This document shows positions 19,389 to 29,218 of a DNA stretch of 64,000 nt, in pieces. The position numbers and the translations under genes were made by a program. Position 1 is the stretch's first letter. Each line of letters opens with the position of its first letter. The notes under the pieces were generated by a model, which saw only the letters and a list, made by a program, of their open reading frames with translations, was not told the DNA's origin and did not search any database. The DNA is from Sulfurovum sp. (lineage in GTDB: Bacteria; Campylobacterota; Campylobacteria; Campylobacterales; Sulfurovaceae): NCBI GenBank assembly GCA_020721775.1, contig DYLZ01000001.1, positions 4,290 through 68,289 of the forward strand, written 5' to 3'.

Positions 19389-19752
19389 TAAAGAGCTAGT
19401 GCTTGATATTTTAGACCAGATAATAGAAGCGATAGAAATAGTGCAGGAACGATGTAGGTTTGCGAATTGTGAAAATGACTTTATGGATACAAAAGAGGGT
19501 CAAGAAAAACTTGATAGCATCTGTATGAAACTCATAGCAGTTGGTGAGAGCCTAAAAAATATAGACAAAATTACCGATAAAAAGCTTTTAACCTCTTATC
19601 CACAGATAGAATGGAAAAAAATCAAAGGGATAAGAGATTTTATTTCACATCACTATTTTGATTTGGATGCGGAAGTGATATTTGGGATTTGTAAAAACAA
19701 TATTGATAGTTTGCTAGAAGCACTCAAACAAATTAAAAGTGATTTGAACTAA
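19372..19752 (+). CDS. HEPN-domain (DUF86) toxin (HepT-like)
   Basis: R-x4-H motif in RDFISHHY. It overlaps the MNT gene by 17 nt. Confidence 0.85.
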   Translation: MASMYDKELVLDILDQIIEAIEIVQERCRFANCENDFMDTKEGQEKLDSICMKLIAVGESLKNIDKITDKKLLTSYPQIEWKKIKGIRDFISHHYFDLDAEVIFGICKNNIDSLLEALKQIKSDLN

Positions 19753-19767
19753 TGTTAAAAATAAAAT

Positions 19768-19983
19768 TTGACAGAAGAGTCTAATGATCACAAAGAACTT
19801 TATTTTGTAGTCGAAACTAAGGGGTATGATAAGTTTGATGATATAAGTACAAAAGAAAAACTTCAAATTGCAAGTGCAAAAGCTTTTTTTAAAGAGCTAA
19901 AAAACAAAGGGATGAATGTTGAATACAAAACTAAGCTAAATAATCCTGAACTGTCACAATTAATAAGTGATATTTTGAAGTAA
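19768..19983 (+). pseudogene. C-terminal stub of a type III restriction enzyme Res subunit
   Basis: LYFVVETKG... (E-x-K nuclease motif) followed by the usual Res C-terminal tail. Only about 70 codons remain. Confidence 0.5.
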
Positions 19984-20178
19984 ATCCACACCACATCTCA
20001 AGCATTGAGTTTTCACTTTTTAGAGATTCTAAAACAAGTTCAGAATGACAAGATGGAAAGCCTTAAAGCGTTGAAAGCTTTGATTTTGAATAAAGCATTT
20101 ATGGGTAAGAAGGCTATCCGGCTTATTTCTCAACCTCATACCCCTCATAATAATATGACTGCTCAATGTCATATCTAT

Positions 20179-20934
20179 TTATTGTATATTTTTGATAATT
20201 TCCGGGATATGATAGCCTTTTTGCATATTTTCTATTTTTTTGCTTATCATCTCTGGATTATTTATAAAGTTATAACCTTTGAAAATAGTCCATGCGCCAT
20301 ATATCATGATCATAAACGCGCCAATTTTTACGATCGTCGTTCGTAAGTTTCCTCTTTGTAGAAAGTTTGAAAGAGAAGCTAAAAATAGAAGTCCCGGAAT
20401 CGTTCCAATTCCAAATACGAACATCACTATAGCGCCATATAGAGGGCTTGCCGTGCTTGCGGCAACTATGGCAAAAGCATATACCGGTCCGCAAGGCAGA
20501 AGTCCATTTAAAATGCCCAAAAAATAAAAACTTGATAATGATTTGCTTTGCAGAAGTTTTAAAAACATGCTTTTAAACCATGATTGTTTTGATAAAGACC
20601 AGCTGGAAGTATTTAAAAATTTTACCCCACCTGCAATGGCAAAACCTGTCAGTATCATAAGTATACCTGTTGCAATAAACAAAAATCCTCTTGTTGCCAA
20701 AGAAAAAGTAAATGCTTTGCCAAACAATCCAAATATAACTCCGAATATGGTATATGTGGTAACCCTGCCGAAATTGTAGGCTAAATGGGATATGGTTTGT
20801 CTTGAAAATGATGATGCTGTATCTACCTTTGATGTACTGTAAGCTACTACTATACCGCCACACATACCGATACAGTGTCCAAAGCCTATCATTAAAGCCG
20901 TTGAGAGTATAACGATGAGTTCTAAATAGTTCAT
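20179..20934 (-). CDS. TauE/SafE-DsbD_2 family integral membrane protein
   Basis: Polytopic membrane protein with GHCIGMCGG near the N-terminus and LLPCGPVY later. Confidence 0.65.
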   Translation of the reverse strand: MNYLELIVILSTALMIGFGHCIGMCGGIVVAYSTSKVDTASSFSRQTISHLAYNFGRVTTYTIFGVIFGLFGKAFTFSLATRGFLFIATGILMILTGFAIAGGVKFLNTSSWSLSKQSWFKSMFLKLLQSKSLSSFYFLGILNGLLPCGPVYAFAIVAASTASPLYGAIVMFVFGIGTIPGLLFLASLSNFLQRGNLRTTIVKIGAFMIMIYGAWTIFKGYNFINNPEMISKKIENMQKGYHIPEIIKNIQ

Positions 20935-21054
20935 TTTTCTGCCTTTAGTATTATTTCAAATATTATAATATGCAAATATTAAAATAGTGTGAGTTTTTTA
21001 TTTTTTCAATGTATATTTTATATTTAATTACTAAGGATTTTGATTTTTTGTAGT

Positions 21055-21132
21055 TGGTTGCGGAGACAGGATTTGAACCTATGACCTTCGGGTTATGAGC
21101 CCGACGAGCTGACCTGACTGCTCTACTCCGCG
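21055..21132 (-). tRNA. initiator tRNA-fMet (anticodon CAU)
   Basis: Hand-folded cloverleaf with a C1-A72 mismatch, three consecutive G-C pairs closing the anticodon stem (GGGCTCATAACCC) and an encoded CCA. Confidence 0.9.
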
Positions 21133-21160
21133 ATAGATTAGAATGGAAGAATTTCCAAGG

Positions 21161-21235
21161 TGGATGGGGTAAAGGGATTCGAACCCCTGAATGACTGGAC
21201 CAAAACCAGTTGCCTTACCGCTTGGCTATACCCCA
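21161..21235 (-). tRNA. tRNA-Gln (anticodon UUG)
   Basis: TGGGGTA acceptor stem, anticodon loop TTTTGGT, GGTTCGAATCC T-arm and an encoded CCA. Confidence 0.9.
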
Positions 21236-21355
21236 ATAGTATTAGCTATTGTTGTGGATGGAATTATAGCCAAAATGATAGATAATGTCAATATCTTTTT
21301 TGAAAAAATTTAAATATTTTTTTGAAGTCATAAAAGGTATAATTAGATTAAAGAT

Positions 21356-22405
21356 ATGAAAATAAGGTTTAACAAAATGAAAGAATCCATTAAAAGAGTA
21401 GAAGATGCCATAAATGCTATCAAGCATGGTCAGATGGTAGTAATGATGGATGATGAAGACAGAGAAAACGAGGGCGATCTGGTATATGCTGCGACATTCA
21501 GTACACCTGAACATGTTAATTTTATGGCAAAAGAGGCAAGAGGGCTTATATGCACTCCTATAACGGTAGATTTGGCAAAAAAGCTTGATCTTATGCCAAT
21601 GGTGCAAAACAACAACTCCAACCATGAAACAGCCTTTACGGTTTCCATAGATCTAACTAGCGCCACAACAGGCATATCAGCCCTTGAGCGAAGCGAGTGT
21701 ATATCAAAACTAACGCATCCTATGGCGCATAAAAGCGATTTTGTCCGCCCCGGACATATATTTCCACTCATTGCAAAAGAAGGAGGGGTTTTAGTGCGAA
21801 CAGGTCACACTGAAGGCTCGGTGGATCTTTGTAAACTTGCAGGTGTTGCTCCTGTGGGCGTAATATGCGAGATTATCAAAGACGATGGAACTATGGCAAG
21901 AAGGGGTGATCTTGAGATATTTGCAAAAAAACATGATCTTAAAATAGTATATATTTCCGATATCGTTGAGTATAGATTGGCAAATGAAAAGCTTGTAGAA
22001 AAAATAGATGAATATGAAATAGAGATAAATTCATCAAAAGCAACGCTTGCAGTATATAAAGACCATTTAAACAGAATACATAAAGCTGCGCAATTTTACA
22101 AAACGCACGAAACTTCAAATGTTAAATTTCATAAAATAGGGCTTGATAGCGATCTTATACTAAATTCAAAAAGATTTGATAATTTGATAAAAAGCATAGA
22201 GTATCTTAAAACAAACGGCGGTGTACTGGTATTTTTGGATACGCAGACAGTATCGAACGAACAGGTAAAAGAGTTTGGCGTTGGCGCTCAGATACTAAAA
22301 GATCTGGGCATTTCGAAGATAAAATTACTTACCACAAATGCGGATACGGAATTTGTGGGACTTGCAGGTTTCGGACTTGATGTTGTAGAAAAGATCATTA
22401 TTTAA
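21356..22405 (+). CDS. ribB: 3,4-dihydroxy-2-butanone-4-phosphate synthase with a C-terminal GTP cyclohydrolase II-like domain
   Basis: DDEDRENEGDL and HTEGSVDL motifs. The start may instead be the ATG at 21377. Confidence 0.85.
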   Translation: MKIRFNKMKESIKRVEDAINAIKHGQMVVMMDDEDRENEGDLVYAATFSTPEHVNFMAKEARGLICTPITVDLAKKLDLMPMVQNNNSNHETAFTVSIDLTSATTGISALERSECISKLTHPMAHKSDFVRPGHIFPLIAKEGGVLVRTGHTEGSVDLCKLAGVAPVGVICEIIKDDGTMARRGDLEIFAKKHDLKIVYISDIVEYRLANEKLVEKIDEYEIEINSSKATLAVYKDHLNRIHKAAQFYKTHETSNVKFHKIGLDSDLILNSKRFDNLIKSIEYLKTNGGVLVFLDTQTVSNEQVKEFGVGAQILKDLGISKIKLLTTNADTEFVGLAGFGLDVVEKIII

Positions 22406-22474
22406 AGTTTAAGCTAAATATTATAATACAAAGATTAATCTTACCATATTAATAAAATTTTACAAGGGATAAAA

Positions 22475-24433
22475 ATGTTAGAAGAAAAATATTACCCAAA
22501 TGAAGAACATATAAAAAATGCAGCAATAAAGAGTATGGATGAATATCATAAACTGATGAATGAAGCAAAAGAAGATTATGAAGGATTTTGGGCAAGATTT
22601 GCAAATGAAAAAATAGATTGGTTTAGCCCCTTTTCAAAAGTTCTTGACGAGACAAATGCGCCGTTTTATAAATGGTTCATTGACGGCAAGCTCAATGTTG
22701 CTTACCAATGCGTAGATAGACATCTCTCTTCAAAGGCAAATAAAGCGGCAATTATTTTTGAAGGCGATAATGGCGATAAAAGAGTTTTGACATATCTTGA
22801 TCTTGCGCATGAAGTGAACAAAACCGCAAATATGTATAGGAACGAATTTGGAATACAAAAAGGCGATAGAGTAGTGCTTTATATGCCGATGATCCCTGAA
22901 GCGGCAATTAGCATGCTTGCCTGCGCAAAAATAGGCGCCATTCACTCTGTGGTTTTTGGAGGATTTAGCGCCGAAGCCCTAAGGGATAGAATCGTGGATG
23001 CTGAAGCTAAACTTGTGGTAACTGCTGACGGGGCTTTTAGGAAGGGCAGCCCGTATATGCTAAAACCTGTTGTTGATGAAGCGTTGAGTTCAGGTTGTGA
23101 GTGTGTCAAGGCAGTTTGTGTAGTTGAGAGAAACAATGAAGAGATACATTGGGAAGAGGGGCGTGATTATTCGTATAATGAGCTTATCAAAAACCAATCT
23201 CATGTTTGTGAAGCTGAAGTTATGGATAGCGAAGATCCGCTCTTTTTGCTTTACACAAGCGGAAGTACTGGAAAACCTAAAGGGGTGCAGCACTCTCAAG
23301 CCGGATACATACTTTGGGCTCAAATGACAATGGAGTGGGTATTTGATATAAAAAATAATGATACATACTGGTGTACTGCCGATATTGGCTGGATAACAGG
23401 GCATACTTATATAGTTTACGGCCCTTTGGCAGCAGGAGCAACTACTATTATATTTGAGGGTGTTCCGACATTCCCTGATGCGGGCAGATGCTGGAAAATG
23501 GTCGAAGAGTACAAGATAAACCAATTTTACACAGCACCTACGGTTATCAGGCTTCTTCATAAAATGGGAGCCGATGAGCCTAAAAAATATGATCTTAGCA
23601 GTTTGAGAATTCTAGGTACCGTTGGCGAGCCTATCGATCCGACTGCGTGGAAATGGTACTATGATGAGATCGGCAGAGGAAAATGCGCCATAGTAGATAC
23701 TTACTGGCAAACAGAAACAGGCGGGCATATGATAAGTCCGCTTCCTTTTGCTACGCCCATAAAACCTGCTTGCGCAACATTTCCGCTTCCGGGGATCATG
23801 GCAGAAATAATAGACGAGAACGGCAACCCTACGCCGATAGGTGAAAAAGGATTTATGTGTATCACAAAACCATGGCCAAGCATGATAAGAACTATTTGGA
23901 ATGATGGGGATAGATTTGTAAGATCATATTTCGGGGATTGTAAAAAAGACGGCAAACCGGTATATTTTACAGGTGACGGAGCTATGATAGATGAAGAGGG
24001 CTATATGACGATAACGGGCAGAACCGATGATGTCATAAATGTAAGCGGTCATAGAATGGGAACTGCTGAAGTTGAAGCAGCTATCAAAAAACATCCAGCA
24101 GTTGCGGCAAATGCAGTTGTGGGCAAACCGCATCCGATAAAAGGAGAGGGAATCTTTGCTTATATCGTATTAAAAGGCGATGATAACTTTGCAACAGAAG
24201 CTGAAACTATAAAAGAGATAAATGAGATAATCAAAAAAGAGATAGGCGCAATAGCTGTTTGTGATGATATAGTTTTTGTTCCTGATGTTCCAAAAACAAG
24301 AAGCGGCAAGATCATGAGAAGACTTTTAAGAAGCATAGCAAAAGGCGAAGAGATAACTCAGGATATTTCAACACTCGAAGATCCAACTATTGTTAAAAAA
24401 ATAGAAGAGATAGTTAGGTCTTGTAAATTGTAA
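22475..24433 (+). CDS. acs: acetyl-CoA synthetase
   Basis: [14 protein letters not shown]-binding motif, 652 aa, full-length Acs pattern. Confidence 0.95.
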   Translation: MLEEKYYPNEEHIKNAAIKSMDEYHKLMNEAKEDYEGFWARFANEKIDWFSPFSKVLDETNAPFYKWFIDGKLNVAYQCVDRHLSSKANKAAIIFEGDNGDKRVLTYLDLAHEVNKTANMYRNEFGIQKGDRVVLYMPMIPEAAISMLACAKIGAIHSVVFGGFSAEALRDRIVDAEAKLVVTADGAFRKGSPYMLKPVVDEALSSGCECVKAVCVVERNNEEIHWEEGRDYSYNELIKNQSHVCEAEVMDSEDPLFLLYTSGSTGKPKGVQHSQAGYILWAQMTMEWVFDIKNNDTYWCTADIGWITGHTYIVYGPLAAGATTIIFEGVPTFPDAGRCWKMVEEYKINQFYTAPTVIRLLHKMGADEPKKYDLSSLRILGTVGEPIDPTAWKWYYDEIGRGKCAIVDTYWQTETGGHMISPLPFATPIKPACATFPLPGIMAEIIDENGNPTPIGEKGFMCITKPWPSMIRTIWNDGDRFVRSYFGDCKKDGKPVYFTGDGAMIDEEGYMTITGRTDDVINVSGHRMGTAEVEAAIKKHPAVAANAVVGKPHPIKGEGIFAYIVLKGDDNFATEAETIKEINEIIKKEIGAIAVCDDIVFVPDVPKTRSGKIMRRLLRSIAKGEEITQDISTLEDPTIVKKIEEIVRSCKL

Positions 24434-24481
24434 TGCCCACAATACGGGTATTACAAAGCAGATAATCAGTTCAATAAAATT

Positions 24482-25153
24482 CTAACTTGTTATCTCATCA
24501 TACAATTTTTTTATACTTTTTAAATCCTCAAAAGCCTCTTTTTTTGCCGATGGATTTCTAAGCAGATAGCTTGGATGAAAAGTTGGAATGATCGTAAGAT
24601 CACCTTGTTTGATAATGGTTCCTCGTACTTTTGAAATTTGAAGCTCATTTGTTGTCAAATATTTTAAAGCGACACTTCCTAATGTTACAATTATCTTTGG
24701 TTTAATTATCTCTATCTGTTTTTTTAAAAAAGGCAGGCATGTATTTGCTTCTTCTGAGGTAGGATCAGCATTTTTAGGCGGTCTGCATTTGACTATATTT
24801 GTTATATATACATCTTCTCTTTTTAGTAGTAAAACATTTTCTATCATAGAGGTAAGCAATTCTCCGGATCTACCCACAAAAGGACGACCTGAGTTATCTT
24901 CGGTTTCTCCGGGGGCTTCACCGACAAACATTATTTTTGCTCCTATGTTCCCTTCGCCAAAAACCACATTTGTTCTGGTTTTGCTAAGATGACACAGATG
25001 ACATTTTAATACTTCATTTTTTAGATCATCTATATTTTCAGGTAAGTCAAGTCTATTTTGTTGTTCAAGTAAGTTTGGATTATAGTATTTATATCCAAGT
25101 GATTTAAGAATTAATAGTTGTTTGATTTGCTGCGCTTTGGTGATTTTATCCAT
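24482..25153 (-). CDS. uracil-DNA glycosylase, family 4
   Basis: GEGN...MFVGEAPG..ED..G.PFVG.SG.LL motif set. Confidence 0.85.
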   Translation of the reverse strand: MDKITKAQQIKQLLILKSLGYKYYNPNLLEQQNRLDLPENIDDLKNEVLKCHLCHLSKTRTNVVFGEGNIGAKIMFVGEAPGETEDNSGRPFVGRSGELLTSMIENVLLLKREDVYITNIVKCRPPKNADPTSEEANTCLPFLKKQIEIIKPKIIVTLGSVALKYLTTNELQISKVRGTIIKQGDLTIIPTFHPSYLLRNPSAKKEAFEDLKSIKKLYDEITS

Positions 25154-25188
25154 AATGGAATCTTACCAAAGATCGTATAAAATTTGAT

Positions 25189-25212
25189 AAAATGAGTCAA
25201 AAGACTCATTTT
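25189..25212 (-). terminator. intrinsic terminator after the SOR-like gene
   Basis: AAAATGAGTC-aaaa-GACTCATTTT, T-rich on both sides. Confidence 0.6.
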
Positions 25213-25213
25213 A

Positions 25214-25600
25214 TTATTCTGTAACTTCTACCTCTACAGGTGTACCTTCCCAGATGCCATGTTTTGTGCAGTAACCATGTGCTACAAGGTTAAGTTTTTT
25301 ACCGGTTGGAATGATAGTAAAAGTAGTAGTGTTATGCGCTTTTACATTTCCAAGAGTTCCGGGTACATATGTAGCTTCGGCAAGTTTTGTTTCACCGTTA
25401 AATAGTGTCACAGATTCGATATAGTGATCAAAATCATCAGGGTGAGTATATTCATTACCCATTTTAACTGTTACTTCGAACGGCTCGCCTGCTTTTGCAG
25501 TCTTTGCACAGTGAATGAATGGAGAGTGTCTATCTATAAAATCTTTTTTAGCTTCTCTCTCAACAGTATCTATATCTACATATTTATTTATTTTTGGCAT
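25214..25600 (-). CDS. desulfoferrodoxin/superoxide-reductase-like (SORL) domain protein
   Basis: His/Cys ligand pattern H...H....H...C..HG.WE in a 128-aa protein. Confidence 0.7.
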   Translation of the reverse strand: MPKINKYVDIDTVEREAKKDFIDRHSPFIHCAKTAKAGEPFEVTVKMGNEYTHPDDFDHYIESVTLFNGETKLAEATYVPGTLGNVKAHNTTTFTIIPTGKKLNLVAHGYCTKHGIWEGTPVEVEVTE

Positions 25601-25686
25601 ATTTTGTCTCCTAATTTTTATTTACAAAACGATTATAACACAAAAAAATTATAAATAGGATAAAATTTATCTTAATTTATATTTTT

Positions 25687-25996
25687 TTAATCCAAATAAG
25701 AACAACAATAGTCAGTCGGCGTCAAAACCTCTAGATCAAAAGAGCTATGAGCGGCTACATGAAAGGTTGTAGAAGCTATTATATCCATCCATTCATCCGA
25801 TCCTGCAAGTTTAACTTTTAGATGACCTGCAAGTATCTCCATATCCTCTGCTTTGTCTGTTCCAAAATTATATGTGCCGGGAAGCATTATCCCTAATGTT
25901 TTTTGTTCCATCATTAAAAAGAATTGTTCTGCTGGTAACTTTACCGTCAAAGTATATATTTGCTTCTTTAACTACTTCTACATTTTTAAAATTCAT
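25687..25996 (-). pseudogene. ppnP: pyrimidine/purine nucleoside phosphorylase PpnP (DUF1255) with a frameshift in an A6 run
   Basis: ATG at 25996 (AAAGGA upstream) reads [32 protein letters not shown] and then stops. The next frame continues [14 protein letters not shown]...DYCCSYLD. The break is at the T6 run at 25899-25904 on the plus strand. Confidence 0.7.
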
Positions 25997-26010
25997 TATT
26001 GATTCCTTTA

Positions 26011-26520
26011 CTATTGATTTGTTTTTACAAAAAGACCAAGCATTTTATCTTTTTTTACTTTAGTATAATCGTCCACAAGCCCATTCATGCAGATATATAT
26101 TCCTTTTTTATCACAATTTGCCAAAAATCCGCAACTCATGGCAAAATTTGCCGTCGCTTCTATCGGATCTATACTAAAAGGCATCATGGCACCGGTTAGC
26201 GCCACTATTTTATCATTGCAATTTTCATTTAAGAACTTAGCTGTTATATCCATAGTGTCTGTTCCGTGTACGATGATGAACTTCTCTATTTTTTTATGTT
26301 CTTTTATAGTTTCAAGTATCAGCTCTCTATCGCTGTCTAAAAAATCCAAACTGTCTTTTCCTATGATATTGACTATTTTAAACTCACAAAGCCAATTTTT
26401 CATAATTTTTTCCAAAGCGCCACAGCTATTATCCACAAGCAGCTCTCCGCTCTTTGGATTATAGTATTTGTTGAAAGTACCGCCTGTATTAATAATCAAA
26501 ATATCATTCATAACACTCAT
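26011..26520 (-). CDS. short asparaginase-family protein (N-terminal domain only)
   Basis: TGGT and HGTDT motifs, 169 aa. Confidence 0.65.
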   Translation of the reverse strand: MSVMNDILIINTGGTFNKYYNPKSGELLVDNSCGALEKIMKNWLCEFKIVNIIGKDSLDFLDSDRELILETIKEHKKIEKFIIVHGTDTMDITAKFLNENCNDKIVALTGAMMPFSIDPIEATANFAMSCGFLANCDKKGIYICMNGLVDDYTKVKKDKMLGLFVKTNQ

Positions 26521-26588
26521 CTCCTGAGTAGTATTTTATCTTATTAGTGGTAAAATATTGGAAATTTTTTATGTGGAGATATTTACAA

Positions 26589-27413
26589 ATGATAATGCAA
26601 GGCAAAAAAGGTGTTGTTTTAGGAATTGCAAATAAAAAGTCAATAGCTTACGGTATTGCGAAGGCTTGCCAAGAGCAGGGTGCAACGATGGCCATCACTT
26701 TTTTAAATGAAAGATTTAAAGAGAAACTTGCTCCCGTGGCTGATGAGCTAAACTGTAACGGAAGATTTTATCCATGCGATGTAAACAAACCGGAAGAGAT
26801 AGCAGCGCTTAGAGAGTCCTTGAAGAAAGATTTAGGAGAGATTGACTTCGTGGTTCACTCAATAGCATTTGCGCCAAAAGAGGGTCTTAGAGGAAGATTT
26901 GTTGATATCAGCAAAGAAGCCTTTGATATTGCAATGAATATTTCAGTATATTCTTTGATAGAATTGGCAAGAGAACTAAAGCCTATCATGAGCAGCAACT
27001 GTTCTATATTGACACTAAGCTACTATGGGGGTGTAAAATATATACCAAACTATAATCTAATGGGTATTGCAAAAGCTACACTTGAAATGACAGTCAAATA
27101 TCTAGCAGAAGATCTTGGAAAAGACGGAATAAGAGTTAACGCTATCAGTGCAGGACCGATAAAAACACTTGCAGCTGCAGGAATTGGCGATTTTAGCTTT
27201 ATGTTAAAATGGAATGCAGCACACGCTCCTTTGAAACAAAATGTAACTATCGAGCAAATAGGAAATAGCGGCATGTATCTTCTCTCTGATCTTAGCAGCG
27301 GTGTAACAGGAGAAATTCACTATGTTGATGCCGGATATAACATTATGGGTATGCCTGCGGTTATATTTGATGAAAATGGCAAGCCACATATTGCATGGAA
27401 CGGCGAGAATTAG
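26589..27413 (+). CDS. fabI: enoyl-[acyl-carrier-protein] reductase (NADH)
   Basis: GKKGVVLGIANKKSIAYGIA start and SDR-type Y/K catalytic region. The ATG at 26589 is chosen over the upstream GTG extension. Confidence 0.9.
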   Translation: MIMQGKKGVVLGIANKKSIAYGIAKACQEQGATMAITFLNERFKEKLAPVADELNCNGRFYPCDVNKPEEIAALRESLKKDLGEIDFVVHSIAFAPKEGLRGRFVDISKEAFDIAMNISVYSLIELARELKPIMSSNCSILTLSYYGGVKYIPNYNLMGIAKATLEMTVKYLAEDLGKDGIRVNAISAGPIKTLAAAGIGDFSFMLKWNAAHAPLKQNVTIEQIGNSGMYLLSDLSSGVTGEIHYVDAGYNIMGMPAVIFDENGKPHIAWNGEN

Positions 27414-27429
27414 TAGAGAAGACCCCAAA

Positions 27430-28185
27430 TTGCAAGACAGCCAAAACTATATTGACAAAAAAGCAAAATTAGCCAAAACGCTCACTATTTACGGTAGAAA
27501 TGCAGTAAGTGAAGCGCTCAATGAACTTGCTATCACTCCAAGCAAACTTCATCTTTCAACTTCAAACAAAAGCGCAAAAGTCATCGATGATATGATATCT
27601 ATTTGCAACAAAAGAGGCATTGAGGTAGCGTATCACGACAAAATGACACTTTCACGAATATCAAAAAATGCCAAACAAGATCAAGGCGTAGCTCTTGATA
27701 TCACAATGGACAATTTTGTAAATGAAGATGAATTTATAGCAAATAATATCAATTATAGGCTGCTTGCTATTGACGGTGTATCAAATCCACAAAATTTAGG
27801 TATGATCATCCGCTCTGCAGCAGCAGGGAACATAGATGCCATTATAATTCCAAGCAAGGGAACATCTTCGATAAACTCTCTTGTGATAAAGGCAAGTGTC
27901 GGAACGATATTTAAGATGCCCATCATCCTTTCAAACAATCTAAGCGAAACATTAAAAAAATTCAAAGCCCATGGAGCTGTTCTTTATACCCTCAGTCTAG
28001 ATGCCAAAGAATCTTACAAGAATGTAGCTTATGCGGACAAAAGTATATTTATTTTGGGCAATGAAACAATGGGAGTAAGCGATCAGATACAGCGTCTTAG
28101 CGACAAAAGTATAATTATACCGATGAAAAGAGGGGTAGAATCGCTTAATGTTGCCGTAACCGCATCGTTACTTGCGTTTATGTAA
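27430..28185 (+). CDS. TrmH/SpoU-family RNA 2'-O-methyltransferase (RlmB-like)
   Basis: SpoU C-terminal motifs (ILGNE..G.S, IPM.....SLNV). The start is uncertain: the TTG at 27430 avoids overlap with fabI, with alternatives at the ATGs at 27370 and 27376. Confidence 0.7.
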   Translation: MQDSQNYIDKKAKLAKTLTIYGRNAVSEALNELAITPSKLHLSTSNKSAKVIDDMISICNKRGIEVAYHDKMTLSRISKNAKQDQGVALDITMDNFVNEDEFIANNINYRLLAIDGVSNPQNLGMIIRSAAAGNIDAIIIPSKGTSSINSLVIKASVGTIFKMPIILSNNLSETLKKFKAHGAVLYTLSLDAKESYKNVAYADKSIFILGNETMGVSDQIQRLSDKSIIIPMKRGVESLNVAVTASLLAFM

Positions 28186-28208
28186 AAGTCTTGAGTTTAT
28201 ATTTGACA

Positions 28209-29192
28209 TTAAATTTCATGATATAATTGATTCTTTAAAATATTTAGCGCATCTCGGTAAATTGGCTCATCGATAAACCCGTATCTATCATCCATAAAGC
28301 CGTTTATACCATTTGATGAGTTTCGTTCAAAAATCTCTTTGATGTATTGTGCTTTTTCAAGTTCAAAATTGTCTATATTAAAAACTTCATTGGCAATTAT
28401 TGCTTGTTTTGGCCCCATGCAGGCTTTGCTCTCAAAACCCATACTTTTTTCATATTCACACCATTTGCGAAACCCATCAGTATCGTTATAGTCTTGAAAC
28501 ATAAATGAAACAGGGCGGATGTTTACCGTTTTGCACTCTATGAGAAATTTTGTAAGAATATGATCTATAGTAGGGTTGGCAATTTTAACAATTGATTGAG
28601 GCAGTCTAAGAGATGCAAGCAGATCAAGCATTCCCAAATTTGCAGTAGTTATGCGTTCATCGATTTTAAGTGTACTTATGCAGGCAAAAGCCTCTTTGGT
28701 TTCAAGTGAAAAATGAAGTTCACGATCTTTATTTAAAATTTTTAGAGCCGATTCAAGTTCTTTGGGACTTTTAACTTTAGCAAGCCTGATCGCATCAAAA
28801 CCGAAAGCATTCAAAAATTCTATCTCTTCTTTGCCGCCCTCATCAAAAGGGTTTGTTCGAATTACTATAAAACTATTTGAATTTTCTAGATGGGATAAAA
28901 ACAGAGCTATATTGCAAAGTGCCTCTTTTTTTCTTGATGGCGCGATAGCATCTTCAAGGTTCAATGTAACTACATCAGCTATATTTTCATCAAGTGAGTT
29001 TAAGTGTTTTAGATTGAGAGGATTTAGCATCATATTTGAGCGATGGAGAGTGTTTATATATATGGATTTCTTCTTGTTTCCAAACAGTTTCTTTTTTTCT
29101 TCTATGCTTTTACCTTCAAATATACTCAAATCATCAAATATCATATGCTCTCTTTTCAATCTAGCTAAAATGGTATTGATAGTATAATACAA
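28209..29192 (-). CDS. HpcH/HpaI aldolase - citrate lyase beta (CitE)-like family protein
   Basis: VTLNLEDAIAPSRKKEA motif region. It has an N-terminal extension of about 50 aa, so the true start may be internal. Confidence 0.6.
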   Translation of the reverse strand: MYYTINTILARLKREHMIFDDLSIFEGKSIEEKKKLFGNKKKSIYINTLHRSNMMLNPLNLKHLNSLDENIADVVTLNLEDAIAPSRKKEALCNIALFLSHLENSNSFIVIRTNPFDEGGKEEIEFLNAFGFDAIRLAKVKSPKELESALKILNKDRELHFSLETKEAFACISTLKIDERITTANLGMLDLLASLRLPQSIVKIANPTIDHILTKFLIECKTVNIRPVSFMFQDYNDTDGFRKWCEYEKSMGFESKACMGPKQAIIANEVFNIDNFELEKAQYIKEIFERNSSNGINGFMDDRYGFIDEPIYRDALNILKNQLYHEI

Positions 29193-29218
29193 AAACTAAA
29201 AAAACCAAAAGGTAATTT

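Noticed and set aside
20005-20346. 113-aa plus-strand ORF spanning the spacer and the 3' end of the membrane-protein gene.
   Set aside because: Most of it is antisense to the TauE/DsbD_2-like gene. Only its first 36 or so codons are of interest (the HsdS-like tail), and those are treated as a remnant.
21236-21355. FMN riboswitch upstream of ribB. I also looked for a fluoride riboswitch near crcB (38805 onward), a TPP element before thiS and a Moco element before the MopB gene.
   Set aside because: The spacers are too short or occupied by coding sequence (crcB overlaps plsC), and none of the conserved riboswitch cores I remember is present.
21242-21625. 127-aa minus-strand ORF overlapping the ribB start.
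   Set aside because: It is antisense to the conserved RibB N-terminus, and its composition is Cys/His/Tyr/Phe-rich with no motif, so it is spurious.
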